From the NCBI RefSeq assembly GCF_006345805.1, contig NW_021833054.1, positions 1-64,000 on the forward strand: a DNA stretch of 64,000 bases, given 5' to 3'. Made by a program: the position numbers and the translations under genes. Positions 53,251 to 64,000 of this stretch are shown one piece after another. Every line of letters begins with the position of its first letter. The first letter of the stretch is position 1. The notes below the pieces were generated by a model that was not told where the DNA came from, did not search any database, and saw only the letters and a program-made list of their open reading frames with translations. The stretch is from Octopus sinensis. Its lineage: Eukaryota.

Positions 53251-53668
53251 GTTGCTGAGCAGTTTCTGGTAAAACTGTAATTCACTTAGATGATGGAAGG
53301 TTTCTTTCATGTTGAGAGCCACCTAACAAACCATTACTATTTTACCCTTCTCAGCCAGTTTAATGAATATGTTACAAATCTGTTAGAAATGACAGAGTTC
53401 AACTAGTTCTGGAGATATTAAAACAACTGTCACTTCTGGAAGGTAAAAATGATCCCAATTGTGATGACATTTCAGTTGGAACAGATTCAATGAATTTTGT
53501 TGCCCAAAATTGCAATAGCTATCCAGTTGCATCAATAATTATACACACTCAAGACATTTCTCTGTATTTGCAGCAACTTTTCAATGACTTAATAATTTGC
53601 TGTCCTGAAACAGTTTGCTTGTACTTGTTTGACTTTCTAATAGCTGGGATGTGAATTGATTTGGGTTA

Positions 53669-53883
53669 ATAACCCATTAGTGCCCATTTTTTAATTTATT
53701 TATTACCAAAACTCTTTTTTTATGCGACTTTATTTGATACTAAATATATAAAAAAAAATTTATTACAATATTTAAAAGACACTCCTGTCTTAATGACTAA
53801 CTAAAGATATCTCAGAAAAATACAGGTGTTTCAGAAATATGATGGATTCTTAAAAAAGGACCATAGGCGCTAATGGGTTTTAA
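53669..53883. mobile_element. piggyBac-type MITE
   Basis: TIR aacccattagtgcc (53671-53684) / ggcgctaatgggtt (53866-53879), 13/14 match; degenerate TTAA ends. Confidence 0.65.
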
Positions 53884-55301
53884 CCATATCAACTATGGTA
53901 TCACATTAGCAATAACAAAACAGCTTGCTAAACTTATTGCTTATAAATAAATATATATTCCATTACCAAAAGAAATGGGTCAGATTTTAAGAAAATAATC
54001 TCAAGAATTTTGCTCAAATGACCAAGAAATTCTATGCCGATTAATTTCAGTTCTCACACTGTCTAGAAAAGATAAGGTTTGTAAATAAAGATAAAACCAT
54101 TGCTAATGTTTTTACTTATTTTCCCCCTGTGCAATTGGCCCATTTCAGGCCCAATTAGTGTACTGGTCAAAAGATAGTATACATAGTTTTTATATAATGA
54201 ATAACAATTTAAAATTTGAAAATGATGCTAAGTTTCAGAAGCTTAAAGATGATTATCATCAACTTTCAAAGATTTTTAAGATCTCATAAACATTGCTTAA
54301 TCCACCAGTGGAAACTATCTAAAATTGATCAACTTCAAAAACATCAGAAGCAACATGAACTATAAGACAATAAATATGCTGGTTTATAGGGTTGTGATAA
54401 TAAGGATTTTTTCCCCTTTTTTCTTATTCTTCTTTCTTGGGAATCAAAAATTTAATGCATTTAATATTGGTATATGGAATACCAGCTCTGAAGTTGTAGT
54501 ACTTTGCATATGGTAATACATTGCCAGTATTTCTATCTAAAATATTAAATATTCCTGTCCTCGAAAGCTTTTAGAAGTTTTCAAGGATCAAAAGCTGACA
54601 ATTTCATGTAACAAAATTTCCCAATTGACACAGTTCAGAACAAAATTTACTAAACTTCAAACAATTTCTTTTTTCATCAATTTTCACTACCAAGTATCAA
54701 TGGTGAAGCAATGCATTTACTGCAAAAGATATATATACTTTATCATCATCACCATCATCAGCAAATATTTTCTTACAAAGACTGTATTGGAAATATTCAA
54801 ATGATTTGTTAATGGCAGTCTTTTCATATCAAGAGATGACTATATCGGCTGATTTACAAATTCATGAATGAGATGAAGTCTGAAGATGCTAATTCTGACA
54901 GCATATTGCATGTACCAACCAATCAAGATTCAGAAGCTGAAAAATAAATTGAATTTGTTTACTATTAGAAGACCTAAATTATTTGATGGTCATATTAATG
55001 TGATTTATAAAACTTAATGTTTCAAACCATCAGAAAATGTTCTCTGAAGAGAGTGAAGGTAAATGAAGCTTTTTATTTTTAGTTTTAGTTCAACATACAT
55101 CTATAGATCCAGTACTTGGACACATTGTCATTTTTATATCAAGGAGTCAGTCGGTATCTTGGTCTTACAACATACACCCTCATCCAAATGACCCAGCATA
55201 AGTTGATTAAGCCTAAGCCTGTGTCAAAGCAGCATTCTGTTAACCCTACCAATTACTTTCCAACTAGAGCCAACTAGATGCTTTCTCAGCAGCCTCTATA
55301 G

Positions 55302-55565
55302 CAGTGGTTCTCAACCGTTCTTTTCCGATAGACCCCTTTGGTTCCTATTTTACTCAGCAGGTGGGACACTAATAATGATTCAATGTCTAAAAACTCCACT
55401 TATATTTTTATGATTAGATATTATTTAGAATTGTATTAAAAAATGTTTAAATATTTTGGTGTATTGTAGAAATATAACCAATTTATTGCGTATAAATTTT
55501 AACAACAAAATCTTATATGACCCCACCACCCCAAGGGCCATATGGGCTCCAGTTGAGAACCACTG
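55302..55565. mobile_element. hAT-type MITE with perfect 8-bp TSD
   Basis: 14-bp TIR cagtggttctcaac / gttgagaaccactg; TSD ctctatag at 55294-55301 and 55566-55573. Confidence 0.92.
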
Positions 55566-55757
55566 CTCTATAGCCTATACATTGTTTTTGATGGCTCTTC
55601 TACTCATTTTGGAATATATGCTTTTATTTTTATATAAGCATGGATTTTCTGGACTATCAGCCTCAACTTTCTTATTCCTACTTATTTAATATCTCAAACC
55701 TTCCATTTTTTGCATCTCTACATATATACATATCCAAATTGCCTCCACATATATATA

Positions 55758-55775
55758 TATATAAATCTAGAGACA

Positions 55776-55833
<58 letters not shown>

Positions 55834-55851
55834 TGTCTCTAGATTTATATA
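55758..55851. repeat. Perfect 94-bp palindrome centred on (AT)24
   Basis: Arms tatataaatctagagacaatttc / gaaattgtctctagatttatata. Confidence 0.95.
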
Positions 55852-57454
55852 CTATAAAAACCCATGTAATTTATGCACTTTTTCGTAAAAATAAAAATAA
55901 ACTTTAGTGTCTCCAGAATTTCTTTCGAAATTTTTTTGTTGAAAAAAGATGTACAAAACACAAGCATTCATGTTGGAAGTTGACTCATTTAATATCAGGA
56001 TAGGTTTCTACAGAAAAATTTATGGCTTAAATACGTATAATGATGTTGACTTTTATTTATGCTAGACAGTATAATGCTTACTTTTTCTGTATAAATTTAC
56101 TAAAACCATTAAATGGTTAACTACTTTTTGAAGTCTGACGTCCATGCTGATAAACATGTCCAGGCCATATTTTACATTGCCTGGAGTTTCTACCTATTGC
56201 AATGGAGCACCATTGACATACATAGTGATATGGATATTCCTGACTGAAAAAATGTAATGATATGAATAAGCTTGATTGTATGTTTTTATTTTTGTCTGTT
56301 TATTATTAGGCACAGTTTTAAGTTTGTTGTACAGTTTATGCTAATTTCGAACATTGGCTTCATTAACATTAAAATGCCTTCCGGCAGCTCTTATGTCATG
56401 TTCAAATGCATACTCAACATATTTAATTTCTCCTTCACTATAAACGATTCATAAGTTCTGCCCATACTGACAATAATGGTAATGACAAATTTTAAAGTTC
56501 ACTTGACATTTATATTTATTTATTTATATATTTTTAATACAACAATTATTTTTCACGTGTGTATATCATTCTGAGGAGATTTGATATTGATTTCCTAATA
56601 TTAATAATAATATCATCATCATCATTTAAGGTTGGACTGTTCAACTGGAGTCTGGGAAGCCAGAAGGCTGCACCAGGCCCAGTCTGATCTGGCAATGTTT
56701 CTACAGCTGGATGCCCTTCCTAACGCCAACCACACCATGAGTGGGTGCTTTTTACGTGCCACCAGCACGGAGGCCAGGCGAGGCTGGCAACAGCCATGAT
56801 CGGATGGTGCTTATACATGGATGTGACAGGTTCATATATATATATATATCCATGGATGTGACTAGTTCATACATATACACTCACACACATACAAATGTTT
56901 CTGATTCTGAAAGAACACAAGAAAATCAGTACAAAGTCAACAATGTGATGACTAATTACATTTCAACAGATCTAATTAGTGACACAATTTAACAAGGTGA
57001 AAGAAGAGCAGACATTCTTCTAAATATCTCTAAGTCTCTAATAGCTGTTTGTATATATGTGAGTGACGAGGAGTACTTAGTGCTCAAAAGAAGTATGTCT
57101 CCAATAACATAACAGGGATACATATGCAGAAATACATATACCTACGTATGTAGAAATACATACACATACACGCATATAAATACATATGCATGTAAACGTA
57201 GACACACATACATATATAAACTCATATGAATATGCAGACACACATAAACATACTAACACACAAACATATATATTCTATTGTTTCCTTTTCTTCATCTCTA
57301 TGTACATTTTTAGTATATAACTGGTATATACACATACAAATACGTTTAAATTCTAAAACATTACATTTATGTGTGTATGCAAGTACATTTACATATATGT
57401 ATGTGTGTGTGATACACACACACTTAAATGTGTGTATATCTTTTTTTTAATTCT

Positions 57455-58192
57455 TTATATCTGTTGAATTGCCCAGAAGCGAATGGCAAGAAAAAATGCC
57501 AAAGACATGGCAAGCAGAAAGAGAACAACACCAAGAAGAGGCATGATGCTACTATAAATGAATGAGTCTTCAAATGCAAATTGTCGATATCAAATAATAG
57601 CAAAGAGAATAATAAGGAATGGATAAACAACCCTCTCTATAAATGTCTCTTGTCTACCCTCATTTATTGGGGGAGGCACAAATGCAGCACCGGCTTGATT
57701 TGATGTCGATTCCTCATTTCGACGAGCAAGGGAAGGTGTAATCAAACAATGGATAATGGAATTTCCCTTCACGTTACATGAACTCAATGTGGAAGTATCA
57801 TTACCAAGAGCTTTCCCATTGAAGATGAAGCATACCATTTTGTTATCTGAAAGCTCTTTTCTAAAATGTGACTGTCGAAATCCTCCAATTGTATCAGATA
57901 AATATGCATCAACAATGCACTGAGTATTGTTCAAATACATCAGCTTTATTTTTACTTGTTTCTCTTTCTTTTCTTCTTTTTCTTCTTCTGTCACAGTCTC
58001 AGAAGAATTCTGGTCACTGCTCACCGGACTCTCATTAACTTGAGCTGATGCAGATTCACTTTGATCGTCACCATCTTCATTTGAAGCAAGATTTTCTGAA
58101 TCTTTGTCAGCATCTTCCAATAAATTACTTTCCGAAGAGTTGTCTGTCGTGTCGTCCTTTAATATTACTAATACTTTGATACAATTGAGCAC
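57455..58192 (-). pseudogene. TMUB1: TMUB1/2-like (ubiquitin-like domain plus C-terminal TM hairpin) frame with in-frame TGA at 57590-57592; pseudogene or recoded exon; N-terminus not found
   Basis: The ORF has an acidic linker, then a UBL (KIKLMYLN...DTIG...FIFNGKALGND...IIHCLIT) and a TM (VVYPFLIILFAII). The frame continues past the TGA for 44 codons (YRQFAFEDSFIYSSIMPLLGVVLFLLAMSLAFFLAIRFWAIQQI) to TAA at 57455-57457. The ORF start is GTG, not ATG. Confidence 0.8.
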
Positions 58193-58242
58193 TCAATATA
58201 AATTCAGTATATAATATTCTAATTGAATATATTTAACTAAAG

Positions 58243-58344
<102 letters not shown>

Positions 58345-58348
58345 CATA

Positions 58349-58680
58349 TCTCTTATTATAAAAGGCAGATTTTATCTGCCTCCCTTTGGGAGTTATACAA
58401 ATCTACAATATAGGATTTCTTCAATTACAATTTACCTAGTATTTTTAAGAGTACAATGCATCGCGTCATGCCAGGTCCAGTTTTTAAAATTTAAACTCCA
58501 ATTAAGCAAAATTTACAGAAAACTCACATTCTGGTGTGTGTGTCAAATGCTTTTCTTAGTCTGGTTTACACCACACGCAAACGCACACACACAGTGTGCT
58601 ACGAATAAAGTGAAACTAATTCAGTGTGTTGACAGGTAGACAATAGAATGCGATGACGACTATGACGCTGATAGATACAT
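58349..58680 (+). mobile_element. Helitron-like 5' fragment
   Basis: A|TCTCTTATTATAAAAGGCAG start after a TA array; no CTAG/hairpin 3' end seen. Confidence 0.45.
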
Positions 58681-58775
58681 GAGTAAAATGTATGGGAAGC
58701 TAACACATAAGAGTGAGTGAAAATGTTCTTGGAAGAGAGTAAATAGCCAGAGAGTATAAAGTAAACATACACTCA

Positions 58776-58809
<34 letters not shown>

Positions 58810-58832
58810 CATACATACACACACATACACAC

Positions 58833-58863
<31 letters not shown>

Positions 58864-59041
58864 TACATACATACACACATACATACATACATACATATAC
58901 ATACATACACACACACACACATACACACACACAGTATTGAAGCTTGAGAACAATCAGATACATCTGCAACACATCTGTTGAAAATATTATTGTTCACACA
59001 CATACATATACATATATACATACAGAGAGACAGACAGATAG

Positions 59042-59072
<31 letters not shown>

Positions 59073-59196
59073 ATCCAGCATGGCCACAACCTCAAGGCTG
59101 AAACGTATAAAACAATAACAGAATATAAATGTGTGCATGTGTGTGAGAGAGAGAGTGTGTGTGTATATGTATGTATGTATGTATGTATATATATAT

Positions 59197-59790
59197 AATA
59201 ATGCGGTTTTTTCAACAGCTTGAACTAAATGTCAGAGGGGAATGGGATAAACTACTTATATTAACTTGCTATAAAAGCAGGTAGTAATTTTATCTTGTCC
59301 TTATTCATAGTGCAAGTTTTGAAGAGTGCATTTCGATTTTAACAGCTATTTTTTTCAAAGCTATATTGGAAGTAACAAAGGAGCATATTTGGCATATTTT
59401 GCTTTATGAGTTCAATAAAGACAACAACGCAACGGAAAGTACAAGAAATATTAATGCAGTATATGGGGATTGGACAATAAGCGTAAGGCAGTGTCAATGG
59501 TGGTTCCAGAAATTCCGAGCCATAAACTACAGCCTAGAAGACGAGCCTCATCCTGAAAGATCTGTAGAACTCGACAAGGACATCCTGAAAACCCTGGTGG
59601 AACAAAATCTCATCGTAACTGTTGAGGAACTAGCAGAGAAGCTTGGATTAGGTCATTCAACCATTCATTGAGATCTGTGTGCTATCGGAAAAGTCAGCAA
59701 ATTGGGTCAATGGGTTCCTCACGAACTTTCCGAGTCTAATTGCATGCAGAGAGTGAATGTATGCTTTTCTTTGCTGTCACATCTCACCAC
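59197..59790 (+). mobile_element. Mariner transposon 5' half (pseudogenised)
   Basis: TIR-like gcggttttttcaa; HTH region EHIWHILLYEF...; WVPHEL motif at about 59710; stop at 59669-59671. Confidence 0.9.
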
Positions 59791-59806
59791 TACTGCGCTA
59801 TGTATA

Positions 59807-60442
59807 TCTATATATATAAAACTGTAGTTGTGTGAGTGTCTGTCCCCTTCGATTTAGATTCCTAACTACTCCCACATTTTGCGGTGCAGTTTAACCAAAT
59901 TCGGGTAGCTTATAGTCGTGATTCATATCGAGCCCGTCTGACTATTAGCACGCGTCAACGATGAGTCTACGATTTTAAAAGTAATTTAACATCATTTTTT
60001 ATTCCATTTTAATGCATAATTTTTCGTGTGTCGATGGCGGCGGAGTTGGCGTCCACGCTCACACCTGCACCTGTGGGGAAGGGAGTGTAAGGAAATCAAC
60101 GTCGTAATGCGTTGTCAAGGAGACCAGCGTTCTTTTAGAACAACGACTTCATGGCTTGAAGACACCAAAACAGAAATGGCTAAGAAAGCGTCTACATGAG
60201 TCTACGATTTAAAAAAGAATTTACCATCGTTTTTTTCCATTTTAATGCATTTTTTCGCTATTATATAAGGGAAGTAACTCTCTAAAAATGTCTACGATGA
60301 GTCAACGATTTAAAAAAAAATTTACCATCATATTTTTTCCATTTTTAATGCATTTTTTGCTATTTTTTGGCTATAACTCTCTAAAAATGCTTATATAGTT
60401 ATTTCCCTTACAAACCCGAGCAACGCCGGGCGATACTGCTAG
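59807..60442 (+). mobile_element. Complete non-autonomous Helitron (636 bp)
   Basis: A|TCTATATATATAAAA...CTAG|T; GC hairpin cccgagcaacgccggg (60415-60430); three internal ~60-bp repeats; no TSD. Confidence 0.88.
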
Positions 60443-61089
60443 TATATATATAAATCAAAATCAAAATGAGAGTGAAAAATTGGATATTAATTTGATAACA
60501 TCAATTTTAACACCAGTGGTCTAGCATATAAAAAAAAACTGAGATTCAGGAAATAGTATTTCATACATAAATATAAGAGGGAATATTTTTAACCACTATG
60601 TGGAAACCCTTATGCTAGAAGAAGATCTGCTATGGTCTTAACCACTAAGAATTGTTCTCTAGCAAAATTCAGCACACCAGAAACGTAAGTGAGCAAGACA
60701 AATGAAAAGTAACAAAAATATAGATTAATCATAAACAATTGTTTCACTATCAATAAATTATGTAATTTTACTTACACAATTTATCTGTAGATCGTCAGTA
60801 TGATCGTCTATGCAGAATATAATTTGCAGAACTTCATGCCATATATCAACACGAGGTTGAAAATGCATATAGTTCTACCTATAACATTTGCGGTTTTTTT
60901 TCAATAGTCTTCATTTAGGCACGCTAAATTACTGGAAATAAATACTGCATAATAGTTCACTGCAGTAGTTTTCGCCGGTTTGAGAACATATTAATTTAAA
61001 ATTAAAATCAAAATGAGGGTGAAAAATTGGATATTAATTTGATAACATCAATTTTAACACCAGTGGTCTAGCATAAAAAAGAAAAAAAC

Positions 61090-62482
61090 TAGTTTGGACC
61101 AGATCTCCAGATGGAGAAAAACTGGAGCAAGGTCACAGACAAGGTGATGGCCATAACCCAGACCTAGTATGAGAGGATGCTATCCTTGTTAGGGAGGGTG
61201 GAGGTTGTACAGGTGTTTATAGCATCTATGATAACCTACTGCCTAACCGTTGTGCCTTGCCCCGGTGTGTGACTGGCCAAGTTGGAATGGATCCTTTTCC
61301 GCTTCTTGTGGAAGGGAAACCACCATGAGTGAGACACTCCATCAGCTGCCAGAAACCATAAAAAGGGTTGATTAGGGATGCCTTGGCTGATGATGCGCAA
61401 GTTTGTGCTGAGGCTGAGACATCTCTGGCTCTACCTGGATGGTGAACAGGTGTGGCCACTGCACATCAACTTCTTTTTTCTGCAATTAACATCCCTACAG
61501 GGTGTAGGTGCTTGGATCAAGCAAAGACCTAGAATGGGTGACTGGCAGAATGAGTGCAGACAAGCACTCACTTTGTTCTCCTGGGCGAGTAGTACCAGCA
61601 GCGGGGCTACCACTGTGGATTTTTATAGTGGGTTAGTAGATCACAAGTCCAACAAAGTCCTGGGGGAGGCTCTGGGCTTTGATGGGAACCAGCTAATCAA
61701 CCCATTCAGAAGGACATTCGGGCTGAGGTACCTGGATAATTTCTAGAAATCCTAGGCTTGGCTGTTGTAGCAATCAGCCTTACCAATTCAAGAGAGTTTA
61801 TCAAGGCACGGTTTTGACCCCACCCCCATGCCCGAGGTGCGTGCGCATCAGTGAAACTGTGGCACATGTCTTCGTACATTGTGAGGAATTGAGGGGGACT
61901 GATAGCCTATATCAAACAACTGATGTCGGAAACGGAAAGAGTACGGCTATCAACTGAGTCCAACATTAAGATCGTACCACCTTCTTCCTTTAATAAGGAA
62001 AGAGAGGTGTCCTTTTTTTGTGTAGTAACCATACTGAAACACACAGTATGGATGACATGTAGAAGGGGAATTGAGACAGGCAACTTTGTCTCCAGACACA
62101 GGTTGGTAAGTCATTTTAACTATCACCTGATAAGAAATATTTATCAGGAGAAAAAGGGCCTGCCTCAAAGAGTGTTCGAGAAAAGATGGATAACTGTTAT
62201 AAAGAAGCTGAGATTGAATGAGGCTGTGCTTGTGTAACTGGTCAAGGTGAAAAAAAAGGAAAAAAAAAGAACGGAAAACAAAGTAAAAAAAAGGAAAAAG
62301 CCGGTGGCTTAAATAAAAAGCCAAGAAATGTGCTTATTATAATCATTTTATTCTCATTCAACTTTTCGATTTAACATACCGATTTAATCAATTTTTATCC
62401 TTATGATTGTAACCCCAGCCCTGTGTAAAGACTGTCCTTGTTTTGTCCCCTCTATGTATGCCTCTAAAGGCAAATAAAGAAA
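61090..62482 (+). mobile_element. Tx1/L1-clade LINE, 5'-truncated ORF2 C-terminus and 3'UTR
   Basis: NWSKV..., LSLLGR, FRFLWKG, CCHC-like CPRC...ETVAHVFVHC, stop at 62237, 3' end ggcaaataaagaaat; many disablements. Confidence 0.85.
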
Positions 62483-63099
62483 TTCTTTGGACACGCCACT
62501 GACAACATGCAACTCGTCTCCAGCAACAATGTATCTGACACCAGCCAGTCTCCGCTTTCGTCTACACCAGACACCTGCCTACATCATTGCTGTATGAAGA
62601 CCACACAACCAACAGACCAATGGCTGCCTCTACATACCACCAAACAGTATGCCAACTATGTCTAGCAAATAAACAGTCCAGCCTAACCACAAAGTTCTCT
62701 TATACATCTTTGTTATAACCTGTTTTATTTCATGTATGGCAATCATTGTATTTTGTAACAGAATAAATCGTCACTTACCAGTTCTTTTCATCATATATCC
62801 ATTTTCACATTTACCTCATTTCACATACTCGTTACAGAAGTATAGAAAGAAATTGGAAGCAGGGTTTAACAGATTCAAAAAGTGAGCATTTAAAGAAACC
62901 AACAACAAATGTGAACATTCAAAAGAACTAACAAAGGTAAACATGGAAGAAAAGAAATTAACAACAAAGGTGAACATTGAAAGAAACACTACATAAAGGT
63001 AGGGTAACTGCAACCAGAAATGAACAAGTAGAGAAATTGTAAACAGAAATAGGAATGGTTATAAGTGAGCTAGAGAAAAAAATAAAAAGGGACAGAGAG

Positions 63100-63590
63100 A
63101 GAAACTGTAAATGTGGAGTGTACAGTGACAGAAAAACTGTACACATAAGTGACAGAGTATGTAATGTGGAATGTACAATGACTGAAAAACTGTACATGTA
63201 AGTGACAGAGAATGTAATGTGAAATGTACAGCAACTAAAAAACTGTGCACATAAATGACAGAGAATGTGATGTGGAATGTACAGTGACTGAAAAACTGTA
63301 CATATAAGTGACAATGTAATGTGGAATGTACAGCAACTAAAGAACAGTACACATAAGTGACAGTATGTAATGTGGAGTGTACATGGATTGAAACTGTACA
63401 CATAAATATGTGATGTTGAGGATACATGCACTGAAACTACAGATATTTGATAGAGTTGGTAATATTGAGTGTATAGTGAGTGAAACTGTACACATGAGTG
63501 ACAGGGTGTAATGCAGTGTGTACAGGGATTGAAACTGCACACAAAGTATATATAGGTGACAATGTGTAATGTTGAGTGCACTGTGATTAA
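63100..63590. repeat. Minisatellite, ~53-bp unit, about 9 copies, decaying rightward
   Basis: Unit aaactgtacacataagtgacagagtatgtaatgtggaatgtacaatgactgaa recurs at about 63134, 63187, 63240 and 63293. Confidence 0.88.
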
Positions 63591-64000
63591 GGAATCAGAC
63601 AACTGTTTTCTAAAGACTACTAATCCTTATAATGAAGCCAAAACAAGTAAAGTTTAAAAAAATTAATGGTTGTAGGAAGGGGAAGTGAATAAATCAAATA
63701 TCTTTGCTATTACATCAATTAAGTTTGCGACAGCATATAGATAAAAACTATCAAATGGTATATAATACTGCATGTCATTTGCCCAGCCTTAACTATAATA
63801 TACAGAATAACAGAGCCAAGTGATCTTTTCACATTTAGACATTTAGAGACACAACGTGAATATTAATTTCCAAGGCTGTCAAACACATAAAGAACCTATT
63901 TCAAAAGAGGAAATCAAAGAAATAAAAAAACTTGATGTTTTTCTTTGTTCTTTTCTTTTCTTTCAATAAATAAACCACATATCCAGCTCCAGGTTAAAAA

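Noticed and set aside
57441-57448. A8 run after the TMUB stop as a retrocopy poly(A)
   Set aside because: Too short for an AT-rich genome, and no TSD was found.
57300-57592. Selenocysteine reading of the TMUB TGA
   Set aside because: The homologous residue is Trp, not Cys, and no SECIS-like stem (AUGA/AA/GA) was recognised downstream by eye.
62958-63602. 214-aa Cys/His-rich ORF, and a possible CRISPR-like array
   Set aside because: It is a translation of the 53-bp minisatellite; the units are contiguous with no unique spacers, and the context is eukaryotic.

Overview
AT-rich, repeat-dense eukaryotic DNA. The SINE, MITE and microsatellite landscape looks like a coleoid cephalopod (Octopus-like) genome; this is an inference from recognised repeat families. 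Two host loci lie on the minus strand. (1) A multi-exon six-TM glycerophosphodiester phosphodiesterase gene (GDE2/GDPD5-GDPD4 family). Eleven phase-consistent GT-AG exons run from 39709 to 2644, with a probable first coding exon at 47974-47876 and a candidate RFX X-box/CCAAT promoter at about 50.7 kb; its extreme 3' end and one N-terminal exon are unresolved. (2) A TMUB1/2-like ubiquitin-like/TM reading frame (58192-57455) interrupted by one in-frame TGA exactly where the family has Trp. The rest is transposon-derived: RTE, R4/Dong-like, CRE-like, Tx1/L1-like and Penelope-like retroelement fragments, several tRNA-SINE families, hAT- and piggyBac-type MITEs, mariner and Helitron pieces, a 53-bp minisatellite and many microsatellites. 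No CRISPR, rRNA or genuine tRNA gene was seen. Highlights are the TGA-for-Trp codon in TMUB, a 29-bp templated insertion that creates a perfect inverted repeat around a GDPD exon, a TSD-flanked ORF1-only Tx1-like element inserted in a SINE head, a twin-priming-type inverted RTE, three minimal hammerhead-ribozyme-like motifs and a perfect 94-bp palindrome.
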